Source of the DNA: Podarcis bocagei
Lineage: Eukaryota
Assembly: GCA_964188305.1 (NCBI GenBank)
Contig: OZ076893.1
Length of the DNA stretch: 64,000 nucleotides
Reading direction: 5' to 3' (one strand)
Shown here piece after piece: positions 37,806 to 51,932 of this stretch. How positions within the stretch are numbered: position 1 is the stretch's first letter; each line of letters opens with the position of its first letter. Below the pieces are notes generated by a model. It saw only the letters and a list, made by a program, of their open reading frames with translations. It made no database searches and was not told where the DNA came from. A program made the translations under genes and the position numbers.

Positions 37806-40621
37806 AGCATATTTTCATTTGACATTACATAATATTATTCCAAAGTTACTGTACTAGTCACAGCTGGCAAAACTGAACAACAGTGGCTAAACTGTGACCC
37901 TGTAAATATGGAACTACAACTCTCATCGACCCTGACAATTGGCTAGGGTTGATGATAGTTGTAGTTCAACAATATCTGGAGGGCTGGAGGTTAGCCATTC
38001 GGACTCTAAACAGTGCAGAAACCAGAATGTTATGAAGTTACTGCAACACATTGTAAGAAAACAAAGACATTTTCAGCTGCCAAAGACTGAACTGACACAA
38101 AATCTTTGGAGTGCAACATTGCAACAAGTTCAAAGAAAACCTGATACAACATGGCCTAGCTACTTCTACACTTTTACAATCCCTAATATGCCTACTTTTG
38201 CCTGCCTGTACATGTTGAATCCTACTTCTGTTTCTGTTCAGCTGCTAGCTTTATTTTTCATTTCATTTCTCTATTGCTTTATATTTTTAGGGGGGAGCGG
38301 GCGGAATCTCAAAAGTGGTTTACAACCTACATTAAAATATCAAATACAGCAATCAAGAATAAAACATCACTAACTAAAATCAAGTATACATTCCAAGCAA
38401 CATAATGAACAGGAAACTAAGATATTATCTTAAACGATTTCAAAATATTACAAAGGAGGTCAACTATAGAATGCGCATTTAATGCAGCAAAGTGAACCAA
38501 AAATATATCTTAAACATTTCAAAAAGACCATTACTAAAGGAAGTCAAATATAAAATGCACATTTAAAACAGCACATTTAAATTAGCAATAAAATAAAAAC
38601 ATACAATGCTGCAAATGCTGCCAGTAGTGGATGGTGGCTGTGGAAGCTCTGGTTGGGTCTCTACTGAAAGAGAGGCAAGGTGTTCTCTGGCCTATTCAGC
38701 TGCTTCTGCTTTTGTAGCTGAAATAGCTGAAGTGAATCGGGGCCCCACCTTCGTATGCTAGGGGGAAAAGGCCTTGTAACAATGGGGAAACGTAACCTGG
38801 AGGTCCAATGTATAAGGGTAATTAGGAATGCATAAGGGAATTAGGAAAGGAAGAATCCAGTGTGTTAGACCTAATATGTCAGAGTAGTAAACCTCCCTTC
38901 AGGGAATGTTGTGAGTTCCAAATTCCTCCATAGGTTACTTACTCATAAACAGTCTGGTTTCCTTCTAGTGTTCCTTTAGCTGCTAAGCTAAGCATGATTT
39001 GATTTGAGTGCCTTTATTTCTTGAATGCTTGTTAATTGATGTGGTCTACATCAATGGGCACAGATTTCATACAATGTTTTTGTGAAAAAAATAAATATTT
39101 CCTCTGAAAACATCAGCTGAGTTAATAATAATTCGTTGCTTGTGAACAGTGGAACATAGAAAGTAAAGGATAACATTAGGAATCAGCAGATTTATGAGAC
39201 TTATTAGTCATTTGTTGCACAGAGGTCTTCAAGCAACTTACAACGTAATTTAAAAAGCACATTGTTTGTACGCATATTATACAGATATATGAATATTTAT
39301 ATATCACATACAAAAACAGGTGCAAGTCATAAAAATATATAACACCCTCCATAACAGCCTCAGGAAGCTTTGGAGCACAAAAGCAGCAAAAACATCTTAG
39401 TCCATCCAAAGCTTGGTGGGAAAGGTAAGTTTTTACTGGATGCCAAAAAGAAATTTGTGAATGCAGCAGGTGGAGAGCGTTTCACACATGAGAGCCATAA
39501 TGGAAAAGACCCTTTCCCTTGTCATCAACTTCAAATAAGGAACCTGAAAAACATATGTACTGTGGGTGGTACATTTCCACTGAGGCTTTTTGCCTTCATT
39601 CTTGGGATGAACTGCTGCATTTTCTAACTTTGCTGGGAATCATTAGTGCAATGGTGTGACTAGTCAGCTCTGGCAGTGTGTAGGCTGTTTGCTGACCGCT
39701 GTGACTGGTTGTATTTTTTTTAATAGTGTTTAATTAGCCTTCCTCCAGCTTTATCCCTAACACAGCCACTCTTTGTGCCAGAAGCCACCACCCACCAGAA
39801 AACCTTTACCTGTAACTGAGCATCCAGGGGTTCTGTTTCTTAATTATTCAGTAGGCTGGTCCATACTCTGTATTTTCTTAAGTCTGCTTGACCTTCTCAT
39901 GTCTGCAGGAGCAATTCTCTTTAGCCTTGGCTAGATCCCATCTGCTTGCCTCCTGTATAACCTTACCCCTTAGCAATAATTTTTCTATGGTTAGCCAGGA
40001 GCCCTCCATCTATTTCTGTCTCTATCGTACAAACAAACTAAGTGTGAATCTATAGGTAAATTCAGCAATATATGTTTGAGTAGCCAGGTTATTGTTACAA
40101 CTGATTACCAACTAACCAACTTGCTATTCTGTATCACTGCAACTGGCACACCAAGCTGCTAATATATTTTACTCACTGTCTCCCATTTGGTCAGAAATTT
40201 AGACTAAATAATATTTATGGAGAAATTTATTGACTTTTCTAATTCCTCCAAGTATGCAATAATATTTTGACTTTGGTAAACTGGTATGGACAATAGTAGC
40301 TGCTTTGTGCGGTGAAATGGAACATAACCAGAACTGCTTCCATGAGCACACAAGAAACAAACAAGTTCATATATAAGTATAAACTGAGAAAACTGGAAGC
40401 CTGGGAGGCACTGAGCAAACAATAAAGGGCAAAGTCGTGGTCTTCATGTTAATTAGGCGGCACACGATAGAAAACCTCAATAGGAGTCAAACTCTGTAGC
40501 ATTATCGGATGGCTGGAAGGCATATAACACTCTCGCCTCAAATATTGCTTCTTCACATGGTGGTCTGCCATTTTCCTCTCATTTCAGGATCTCCCCTGTA
40601 TGATTAAAGTTAGTATTCTCC

Positions 40622-40622
<1 letters not shown>

Positions 40623-40657
<35 letters not shown>
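40623..40657. repeat. (CA)n microsatellite
   Basis: About 17 CA units. Confidence 0.95.
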
Positions 40658-40658
<1 letters not shown>

Positions 40659-40875
40659 GAGAGAGAAAGTATAGGCCCATGAAGGGGGGAAATACTGAGT
40701 GGGGAATTTATATAAAATATAGGAGTGATATAGAATATAAATCACAATATTAAAATAGTTAAAAAAAATTACAATTGGAAGAATAGTGTGGAATATAGGG
40801 TACTCATGCTATATGCACCTGTCTGGGGAAGGGATTCCACAGAAAAAGACATGTCCCAGGCCACCATTCCTTGTA

Positions 40876-41117
40876 CAGTGGTACCTCGGGTTAAGTACTT
40901 AATTCGTTCTGGAGGTCCGTACTTAACCTGAAACTGTTCTTAACCTGAAGCACCTCTTTAGCTAATGGGGCCTCCTGCTGCCACTGCGCCACCGGAGCAT
41001 GATTTCTGTTCTCATCCTGAAGCAAAGTTCTTAACCTGAAGCACTATTTCTGGGTTAGCAGAGTCTGTAACCTGAAGCGTATGTAACCTGAAGCGTATGT
41101 AACCTGAGGTACCACTG
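40876..41117. mobile_element. Tc1/mariner MITE (242 bp)
   Basis: TA|CAGTGGTACCTCGGGTTA...TAACCTGAGGTACCACTG|TA. Confidence 0.92.
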
Positions 41118-41149
41118 TACTTCTGATTATACTGGAACTACCAAAAGGC

Positions 41150-41520
41150 GCCCTCTCTGTTTATCTTAACAGCTGAAAGGGCATGTAGGTTTCAGCTGTT
41201 GGTGGCCTGTTTATGGCTTTAAACATCAACAGGAGCACCTTTAATTGGATAGGTTAACAGGTTATTTGAGTCCTAAATGGAACCCTGGCCAGCAACCTGA
41301 ACACTGTATTTTGGAATGGTTTAAGTTTCAGCAGCCTTCAAGGGCAGTCCCATACAGAGCGCAAGGCAATCCAGATGTTGCATGGAATACAGTGGCCAAG
41401 CCATCTCTGTGTAATAGGGTCTGAAGCTGGAAACAGGCACTCCAAAGCCACCAAGGCCAACATTGGCTCCAGGAATATACCCATGACACAGACTTTTTTC
41501 TTGCAGAGGAGTGCAAGGCT
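41150..41520 (-). mobile_element. Old L2 fragment
   Basis: Minus-strand HLDCLALCMGLPLK, similar to L2 RLDYCNALYMGLPLK. Confidence 0.55.
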
Positions 41521-44381
41521 GTTCAGAACAGCCTCTCGACTCACTTATCAGACAAACAAAAATGTCACAAAATGGTATTTTCTTTAACATCTTGCCTGAT
41601 GGGGGAATTCTGCAGAACTCAAAAGCTTGTTCACTATTTCTTGACATTTTAATTGGTCTTAATAAAGCTATTTCCTTAATATGGCTTATAATTGTCACTT
41701 TCTGAATCCAGAATTCCAAAGAGAACTCAGGATTAAGCCAGTTTTTCATAAGTGCAGATACTAGAATTGCCTGCTAAACCTAACAGATGAATTCATATTG
41801 TGTCTTAAGTAAATGTATAATGTATCTTCCTGCTGCCTTACTAGTGTTTTTGATGACATTTTACATATACTTATAGACTGTTGTTGATATGTTGTAAGCT
41901 GCCTTAATATGTTTTATGAAAAGCAGATTGTGAATTTTCAAATAAATAAATTTTAGTATACCTGTAGCAACATTTTATCTCTGAAACCTGCCCCCCCCAA
42001 AAAAGTTGAGTTTCTGTGGTGAAACCATTTTCTCTCAAATGATTGGGTATGACTTTTCTATCTTACTGAAGTTGGGAGCTCCTCACAATTAGCAAGCGCC
42101 ATAAATAAAATATGTATTATAGAGTGAGAAGTGGATACTGTGGAATGCAAAGTTCAACAGTGGACTTCTGAAAATATATACATTCTTCTGGTTCTTCCAT
42201 CATTTCCTGGTTACTGAAGCTGGAACAAAGCATCCTTTTGTTGCCAATCACATGGTTCTCATTACGAGGGAGCTTTGATTTTTGTTCTCCAAAAAGCAGA
42301 AGCATGCATTTAGTAAATTGGAGGTATTTGAAAACTTTACCTCCTGTCTAAGGTGCTGTTGGTAACCTCCGGAGAGGAGGCAAAACAAGCAATTTTTCCT
42401 GCAATGAAATAAGTTCAGTTTACGGTCTTCCGCTTTTGGGAGAACTGTACCTTAATAAAATGCTGTATAAAGTGTATAAAGTGTCACTACTTGTCTGTAT
42501 CATTCATATGGTTTCTGTACTGTTGCCTCAGATGTTGCCTCTGTAAAGCAAGTGGTTGAATGACTGCACTTCTAGAGTTGATGAATTGTTTTCTTTCTTT
42601 TCTTTTCAAAATGTGCAAAGATCTGAAAGATAAAAGGTTGATGGGACACAGTTCTAAATTTAAGTGGAAGCAAAACTGTTGTTTTTATTCCTGTACCTTT
42701 TACCAGTTAACCCAATTTAGACAATTATCACATCAATGAAAGTATTCCCACTATGGATTTCTGTGCAGGAAAGTGATTTATTTGCTAAACTTACATATCC
42801 AGTGACTACCAAAATCACAGAGGTAAGCCTGGGAGGGGTAAGGTGGCAACTCTTGCCGCTACTCTAATTTTTATTTAAACCTAGAACGACCTTCTACTCC
42901 TAGAACCAGATGGGAATAGATTGTTGCAAAGATAAGTAAGCATTACCTCGTGTCCTTCAGCTTTTAGATTGGTTTCTGGGTGAACATATGTGGCTTGGCG
43001 CTTTTGTTAATCCTTTCTGTTTTTAAAAGCAAACCTTGAGGTTCATGGAAATTTTTTATCTGTGTTTCTCAGGGCTGAATGAGGGATGGCGGAGTTGCAC
43101 GAGCATCAATATCCAGTAATTAGAATGTAAGAAAAGGTTTTGTGAAGAGAGAGATATTGGGAGCTTTTCACATAGCATCATGGGAACAGATGTTTTATCT
43201 AGATAATGACAGTTGGGCACAGAATGTTGAGCTATATGGAACTTGGGCTGAAAAGTGATTCTTAGTTTTCAGAAAGAATAACATTTTATTTTACAGCAAA
43301 AACACAAAAGCATTGTAATGGGAGATGCTAAGCATCACACAGACTGAAACTGCTCTATATAGTCAAGCTTGGTTTCAGTAATAAATCAGACAAGACTGAG
43401 ATAAGGCTAGTCTGCAGCTTCTACAAGTGTGAGTCAAAATCACAATTGTTGCTTCATAGTCCCGTTCCCCCCCACAAACATAACCAGGAGTTAGAAAGGT
43501 AAACAGAAATTGGACACTGGAACGTGTGCAACTAAGTGTGTGTACCATGTGGAATTTCCAATGCTCAATTAGATGACCTGAGAGGGCTTTATGACGTTTG
43601 GTCAAATATTCTCCCCTCCCCATCTATATGTGAGTCTCTGCATTTCTGAATCATTCCATATTTTTAGCCCAGAGATGGAAAGAAGAGTCCTTTACCAGAG
43701 AGGAATGATGGACTATGCTGAAATGGCAAAGTTGACTGGAAAGCTCAGGAACCAAGAAGACAAAAACTTTTTTTAAAATGGGAAAAATTATAATTTATTT
43801 AAGAGACCTCTGCAAGCACATGAAAACATTAGCAGGATTTTAATCTCACTTGTAACAAATATTATGGACAATATGGATTGATATAAAACATAGACTATGG
43901 AATAATATGCAGTTGTAAATGTTGTCAAAAGACCCATGGAGGGGATGGGGGGAAGTCTCAAGATTCAGAGTGATTTCTATATATGGATATGCATTTGGAT
44001 TGTTATAAATTTATATTTGTAAAACCAAATAAAATGATTTTTTAAAAAATGAGAGCCTCTGCATATTGGGTGTGTTATTTAACATGCATGCTTTGCGTTC
44101 ATGCAAGCATTTGGTTTGTATACTCTATGTAAATGAGGCAGAGCACTAAAGTTTTTTTATTCATCATATTTAAGAACCTGGGAGTTATTCAAGTAATTTC
44201 TAAACTATAAAAGCTCTGAAAAACCAAGCATTTGAAAATGTTATAAAATATTTTTATAGAAAGGTTTCAATTATGACTACTTTCAGAATGGGATAGTCAC
44301 CATGGGCCAAAGAACATGGGATAAGTAGATTTCTTGAATATATGAATCAATGGAAAACAGTAGTCATGATGCATTTTAGTA

Positions 44382-44622
44382 CAGTGGTACCTCGGTTTAT
44401 GAACTTAATCCATTCCGGGAGTCTGCTCTTAAACTGAAACCATTCTTAAACTGAGGTGTGCTTTCCCTAATGAGGCCTCCTGCCGCCGGTGCCCTTCCAC
44501 CATTCGGTTTCCGTTCATAGACCGAGGTAAAGTTCGCTAACCGGAACACTACTTCCAGTTTTGTGGTGTTCATATACTGCATAGTTCGTAAACAGGGCTG
44601 TTCTTAAACCAAGGTACCACTG
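44382..44622. mobile_element. Tc1/mariner MITE
   Basis: TA|CAGTGGTACCTCGGTTTA...TAAACCAAGGTACCACTG|TA. Confidence 0.9.
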
Positions 44623-44631
44623 TACCTTGTA

Positions 44632-44873
44632 CAGTGGTACCTTGGGTTACAGACGCTTTAGGTTACAGACGCTTCAGGTTACAGACTCTGCTAACCCAGA
44701 AGTAGTACCTTGGGTTAAGAACTTTGCTTCAGGATGAGAACAGAAATTGTGCTCTGGTGGCCCAGCCACAGCGGGAAGCCCCCTTAGCTAAAGTGGTACC
44801 TCAGGTTAAGAACAGTTTCAGGTTAAGAACGGACCTCCGGAACGAATTAAGTACTTAACCTGAGGTACCACTG
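44632..44873. mobile_element. Tc1/mariner MITE (242 bp), same family as 40876-41117 in opposite orientation
   Basis: TA|CAGTGGTACCTTGGGTTA...TAACCTGAGGTACCACTG|TA; the internal sequence is the reverse complement of the 40876 copy. Confidence 0.92.
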
Positions 44874-46010
44874 TACAGGTTTTCCTAAGATGCACATTGG
44901 TCTATGCAATTCATCCAAATATACACATAGTTGCAAAGCATTCCCCCCTAATATATTGTATTTTTTTTTTTTTTGGTATTGTACTTTCTTTAATATATGC
45001 ATTTATATGCACACTTATATGCATTTTTTTACACTTTACACATTACTTGGCTGGAGAACTGCATTGCAAAATTCAGAGAAGTGTGAATGTCAAAGGGTGG
45101 CTTTGGTTTCAGGAATGCTTTGAAATGCGAACTGAATAAAATTTTCTCTTCCTGCAATGGAAGCTCATGTGTCACACCAGTATAGAGTGGCTTTGAACCC
45201 AGGACATGCAAGTATGCAGGAAGCGCACTTGCCTTTTTTGGGTATTTGTAATATCTGATTTGAAACTTGAAGTTTAAAGTGTAAGCTTTCTCCACCTTTT
45301 GGAGCTTGTAAATCTTGTATATGTTCCATGTGAAACCTCTAGAGGGCTCTGGTTTACCTGAGCAATCATAACGCAGCACCACTGTGCATCCATCCCAGTT
45401 TTACCACCAGTGTTAAGTACGGATTCTGGCAACAGACACTGACGCAGCTCCGAGGAAACTGGCCGCTTGGCAGGCAGACATGTTGCTTGCTTAGAAGGAC
45501 TGAGCAAGTTATTTAGGAAAGCAAACTGGTGCCCTCTAGAGGCTTGTCTTAAAACGTACAAAACAGATCTCCACAGAGAAAGATGAGCTGTACAAGTTCA
45601 GCATCGCATGTCAAAGAGAACAAGCCTACGAGCCAGACTGGCACCATCATCTCAATCTTGACAAAATGTGAAGCAGCCTGTATTCCAAATAAGCTTCTCA
45701 TTGAATTCAACCAACCTTTGCTAACCTGGTGTCTTTTGATCTATTTGTTTAGGAAAAACACCCTATAAACCACTACATAAAAGAATAAGCAGTGTACCAA
45801 AAATAATGATCAGCAATGCACAGCTAAGACCAGCAAGATATAAATGACAAGTAAATCATATATACACTTGCTGGGGGAAAAAAAGGTTTTTTAGGAGAAG
45901 TCTAAAACAGTGGGACTGGGGAATCTGCAGCTCATAGAACAAATTTGTCCCATCAGGGCTTCCCCATGAGGCCATTTCCCCCAAACCCCATATAACTGCC
46001 TATAAAAAAT

Positions 46011-46374
46011 GGTAAAGGACCCCTGACAGTTAAGACCAGTCGCAAACGACTCTGGGGTTGCAGCGCTCATCTCACTTTACTGGCCGAGGGAGCCGACGTT
46101 TGTAGACAGTTTTTCCGGTCATGTGGCCAGCATGACTAAGCTGCTTCTGGCGAAACCAGAACAGTGCACGGAAACGCCGTTTACCTTCCCACCGGAGCGG
46201 TACCTATTTATCTACTTGCACTTTGACGTACTTTTGAACTGCTAGGTTGGCAGGAGCTGGGACTGAGCAATGGGAGCTCATCCCGCCGCGGGGATTCAAA
46301 CCGCCGATCTTTTGATCGGCAAGCCCAAGGCTCAGTGGTTTATATATAAACCACTGAGGACACCACCCGCGTCC
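46011..46374 (-). mobile_element. Sauria SINE
   Basis: ggtaaaggacccctgacag...tacctatttatctacttgcac...caccacccgcgtcc. Confidence 0.9.
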
Positions 46375-49300
46375 TATACCTGGCATTATATGTGGCATCA
46401 GGTGTGGAGCAAGGGGAGATGCAGCTGCCAATCCCTGCAGAAAACAGGAGTGAACCCTCTGTACACTAGCTGATGTGCTTGGGGTTTCAGTGCAAACCCC
46501 TTTGTGATCAGAAAGGGGGTTTGCATTAAATCACTTGCTAAAGTGAAGGTGTTCCCTCTATTTGAGCAGGAGTTTCAACTGCTCCTCCAAGAACCACACA
46601 CGTCCCCTCACCGTCTGCCTTCTGCCAGGAAGGGGAAGAGGTTTTCCTTGAAACTGCCATTAACATGGAAGAAGAAAACTGCTCCACGCTCTTGGAGAAA
46701 ACCCCCTATCAGAAAACAGGCTTGTGTTCTCCCACCCCTTGGTTGATGGTGGGAGAGCCAAGCCTGCTTTCTGATAGGTGGTGAGCCTTGCTGTGTGTGA
46801 GGTGCTTTGAAATCTTGACTTTCAGACTTCAAAGCACCAAAGCACCTGACACTATTGTGACATCAAGTGATTGGTTGGAGGACGCCCCTACCCACCTGTC
46901 AAACTGGACCTTCAAAGCCAAGCCTACTAAGAATCTGGCCCATGGAGCCAAAAAGGTCCCTGCAGTGCAGTATGGATGCCTGCCTAATATGGAAAGACAA
47001 GGATTTCCAAAGTGTAGGTGATGCTACAATTCTCACCCCCCCCCCCCGGCCAGCATGGCAGCATACCAATCAGCTTGGCAAAGGCTGGCTTAAATCTTCA
47101 TGAACTTAGGGAGCAAATCCTCAGTTCCCACACAGCCTGGCAGGGCTACCACCCCATTTGCAGCCCTGCCACACACAGCAGCCTGGAGTTTGTGCAGCAG
47201 TTGAGTTTCATGGCATCAAGCGATGGCAGTAGGGCTAAGTTGGGATTCAATGGGTCCTAGGCTGGCTCAGCCCCATCCTGAACCTTCCTGCCAATGGGAC
47301 TTCCACCCCTGCACATTTGGTGGGTGGAAGGGGAATCCACCGCAGAAATGGAGTGATGGACATAGCTTGACAGACAGCAGACATTGGAAAAAAACACAAT
47401 ACACAGAGTGCACAAAGAGGGCCAGGATTGCTCTGCTAGATGATTCATAGCTGAAGCAAACATATCACAAAGCACAACTTGCCACACATGTTCAAGACAA
47501 GTAAATGCGCAATGTTCATGTGCAAGTCTAGTGTCAAACAAGATCTGGGGCCACCCGATACTAAGAAATAACTGAAATGTATCTCCTTGCTAACTGTCTG
47601 GGATTGATCGGAAAGATAACTTTCCTATTTTCATTGTTTCTTGGAGTAGTGTCTTTCGGTGAACTGTTTTAGATAAAAATAGAAAACACTGTTCAAAAGA
47701 CGGTTTTGCTACAGCACCGTCTGCTAAACATTTAGCCCTGTCTTCAGATATTACCATATCAAGATGAAGAGACCAGCTTTTATATAAAACACAAACCAGA
47801 CTTCCCCACAATGAAAATAAAGAAGCAACTCCTATTTTGGAAGTAAATCTCTGTAACTAATATGTGGCAAACAGGGGCGGGAGGGTGGAGGCTGAAAGGT
47901 TCGCACAGTCTCTGGATAAATATAAAACAAATGTATACATCAGACAGCACATATGATAATACGGGGCGCCATGTGGTGCTTGTTTCTCAGTGGGAAGCCA
48001 TACTTGCGCATTGGCACACAACATGGGTCTAGGGATCTTTCTCTCTGCTTTAACACATCAACAGTCATAAGAAACAGCCTGAGAAAATTTCCTAACTCCC
48101 CTGTCAAGCTACAGCCATCACATAGTGATATGTGTTTGAAAACAAGACACGTTTTGTCTTTTTTACTGAAAAAATAATGGGTCATATCCATCTAAATCCT
48201 ACTCAGAGTAGAAACATTAAAATCCATGGGCATTGAGTTCACTGGCTCTACTCCAAGTGGGACTAGCACGGGATGCAGCCCAATGTAATATTGCCCAATG
48301 TTTTGCATAAGGAGCAGAAATTAATTTTAGCAACTAGATCCTATGCTTACTTACTTAGAAGCAAGTCCCACTTAAATTTAACGGTGCCTAAATTTAAGTG
48401 TGCTCAGGGTTTTAGCTTTTTAGGGGAATATCTTGTGCTTGAATTACAGCTCCCTTCATCCCTGGACACTGGGCATGCACATTGAGGCTGATGGGAGTTA
48501 GTTCCCCATCTTTGCAGAAAGCCGAGAGAGAGAATATTCTCCAGACTGGTCAAATTTTTAAACTAGCACAGAAAGCCCAACTGAAAAGGGCAATATCAGG
48601 CATGCTGCTGCCCATTTTCTAAACCATCTTACTGGTGCTTAAGCAAAACTAGTGAGCCTTTCATAGCCAATGCAGGTGAGTGTTGTAAAATGATACTTCA
48701 CACCTCACAAAAAATTGGTTACAGGCAAGTGAAGTTAACTTAATTTTCTTATCCTAGCTATCATCACCCTAGCACACTAATTGGAGGTAACTCAAAAAAG
48801 CTTGAGGTTTCCATATGGAAACACAGACATATGCGTTCATCTGCCAGAGTTGCCTGACAGTAGTTGCTGTCTTTGGATTAAGTGGTTTGGGATTTTGACT
48901 CAAACATTCAGTGTGGATTTAACCATCTACATTTGCCATTCACATGAGGCAATTCAGTGTGAGATTTTGATACATCAGACCTTGTAAGCGATTCCTTCCT
49001 TAGTAGCACTCTATGAAGTTTACCTCGTCTCTCCTGACCTTTTGTGTGTACTCCTCATATTAAGACCCTATAAAAAAGGGCTTTGAGATTTTCGCTCAAA
49101 GAACATTGCTTCCCAAACCTTCTCCCCCATGAAGTTAGGATTTTTCTTCTTCCTGTTACAGCAATTGTAACACACTGTGTTGGATGCTGTATGATTTTTT
49201 AATCATCATTTCTCATATTGTATTTTAGGACAATGGGAATTCTGTGCAAGTGTTCTTCACAGACATGCCACGGACCACCTCAAAAAAACTTGTGGGCCAG

Positions 49301-49824
49301 TTTGGGAATACCTGCTCTGTAAGAAACTGACTTTAAAAATACATTACTTTTAAAAGTGACTCATCTGCAGCATATCAAAGTTTGTATTGATGGGTTCCCC
49401 AGCAGAAAAAACCAACCCCCTGTACATAGGTAGAGCACAATGGTGTTTCTGTACCGATTGTATCATCTGCCACAGCCATAGGTGGGGCTTGAATGAAAAA
49501 AGAAAAGAAAAAAGAAAAAAAGGAGGAGGAATAGAAGATGTACTCCCTTTAATAAACCGTTTAGCCTAACTTTTATTTAGACTCTGGCCCGTTTACAAGA
49601 TCAATTTGCAAACACTACCATCAGCTACTATTAAGAACTCATATAAAGATGAACTAGGCAGCGCCAGCGCTGTGTACTGTTTTTCCACAGAGAGGGATGT
49701 GAACACATCATTTGCTCAGAGACTGTTTTCGAGTTCGTAGTGCAGTTCATTGTCTTTAAACGGCGTGAGACTTGCCAGGGCCTCACCCCACACAATCCTG
49801 ACACTTTGATCTAGGCAGTCGTGC

Positions 49825-49985
49825 TTATAAATACCAGTTGCTGGAAACCACAGGAGGGGAGATTGCTCTTGGGCCTAGGGCTCCCTGCTTGTGGGTTCAC
49901 TGCAGGCAACTGGCCAGCCACTGTGAGAACAGGATGCTGGACTAGATGCGTCATTGGCCTGATCCAGCTGGCTCTTCTTATGCCT
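49825..49985 (+). mobile_element. CR1 3' UTR fragment
   Basis: aataccagttgctggaaaccacagg...ccactgtgagaacaggatgctggactagatg...gcctgatccagc. Confidence 0.65.
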
Positions 49986-51461
49986 TATCCAGTGCTCCCT
50001 TGCCCAAGTGCAGGGTTGGGTGTGGAGCAGCGTCTTGTTACAGGATGCACAGCTGGCCCTGCCTCTGACATTTAGATGCTCGGTGAAAAATGGTACCATT
50101 GTGCCACACATTCAGGATGGATCTCTTGATTCCCTGCCCAGTTTTGCTATAGTTGCTATTGAGGCAGTTTTACAATAAGGGCAATCAAGGCACGGCTTTG
50201 AAAGAATTGTGTGTCCCATCTTCTGTCCTCCACATTGCACCACTTTCCATTTGGATTGTGAGGAGTGGCAGGATGCTTTGTATAGTAACTGCATTCTGCT
50301 TTACTTTGCTTTTTCCACAGATGATTATACTGAATAAGGATCTTTGGAATACATTTTTAACAGATTTCTGCTGTTGCTACTTGGAAGTAATCAATTCAGT
50401 ATTAAAAGACTTTTAGCTGATCAAGTTTTACAGAAATCAAGGATATAGTAGATATCCTAGTCTAACCATATCCTCAACTTTGCTGTCCATCTTAACCAAT
50501 TAGAATGATCTTACTTGTAAACCTCATATAATTTATTTGCTTGATGCCACACTATTAACCATTGCCCAGGATGGAGGACAAACTCTTTCCCCCTTGACAC
50601 CTTGTTTAAGGAGGTCTTATCACAATATCCCAAAAACTCACTCATTCTATGCAGCTACATGGTGGTCATTCACAGCTTATGTCAAAAGACAAAATTAAGG
50701 CCTTAAAGTTTCTGCAAAGTATAATTTTATCTGGATTATATTATATTCCAGGACTTACTATTGATCATTCTGTTGTGCTTCCACAGAATCGTGATCTTAT
50801 TATTCACAGCATTGTTTTTAACTCTCTGCAATAACAATTCTGCATCACTTTTTCCCCTTAAGCTGTGGAACAGATGATGTCAAACAGGCAAGTCATTGTT
50901 ATTTTTGTATCTCTGAAACATTTGCATTGTTAAATGTAAGAAAGTAATTAAAAAGAAAAATAATTGTAGCTGTTACTTGTACATAAACAATGTAAAGTAA
51001 AAATATACCATCAACTCTTAATATTAGATAGTACAGACAGCAACCATTTTGCACAGGTGTTTTGTTTCTGATTCCTGCACGTGTTGGTGGAGTGTGCATA
51101 AGCTTGCCCCACCCCCCGTTCTGCCCTCTCTGAGGTCCAAAAGGACCCACACATTGGTGGTCACATGTCACTTGGACGTCTGCTAAATGGTCTCTGCCTG
51201 TATGTAATGGGCAGAGAGGAGAGTTGGTTCACAGAAGGCTCAAGATAAAGTTCTTCTTCATCACGAAGCTCACTAAGTGGCTCCTGCCAACTGAACCTCA
51301 CAAAGCTGGAAGACAAAATTCGATACACAAATGGGTACATCAATATTACACTATTCTGTTACCAAAATTACTGTTCTTCCCATTTCACCCATATTAAAAG
51401 TGGTAGGCCAGACACACAAAAATACACAGGATAAATATGACTTCAGGAGTTAGAGAAATCA

Positions 51462-51699
51462 TTTATTAAGAAAAACAGTTTTTAAAATCATTGCTGTTGT
51501 TTAATTTGTACATAAAAAGTAAAGCTCAAAAAGCCTTAATATATACAAATTTGTTCCAAGGTTTAATATTTTATTGCAATAAAAACCACTTAATTCACAA
51601 GCTACATACAACGACATAGCAGCAGTTCTAAAAAGAGTTGTAATTAAAAATCATTCATATTCCACCACCAGTGAAATTTAGTTCAAAAATAATTTTATT
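51462..51699 (-). terminator. Candidate SDR16C5 polyadenylation signals
   Basis: Minus-strand AATAAA at 51694-51699, 51570-51575 and 51462-51467. Confidence 0.45.
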
Positions 51700-51820
51700 T
51701 CTTACTAACAAATCATGCTATCTTTGATGTTTCAGGCACACACATTAAGTATTGACATTATAGGAGTTCCACATGTCTGACACTCAGGAGGTAAGTCAAA
51801 GTTGGAATTTTTGTTGCTGT

Positions 51821-51932
51821 TTACTGAGATTTATTGTCTTCAATCTTATTTGCACGACCTGTGAATGTCTCCATAAAATGGAAATACCCCATATAGTCTC
51901 CGAGAAGCATACCAACTTTTGTAGGTATTAAA
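51821..51932 (-). CDS. SDR16C5: SDR16C5 (epidermal retinol dehydrogenase 2-like) last coding exon
   Basis: tttttccacag|t LIPTKVGMLLGDYMGYFHFMETFTGRANKIEDNKSQ*; phase matches the previous exon. Confidence 0.92.

Noticed and set aside
50899-51343. Minus-strand ORFs downstream of the SDR16C5 stop
   Set aside because: No recognisable homology or splice structure; likely 3' UTR or flank.
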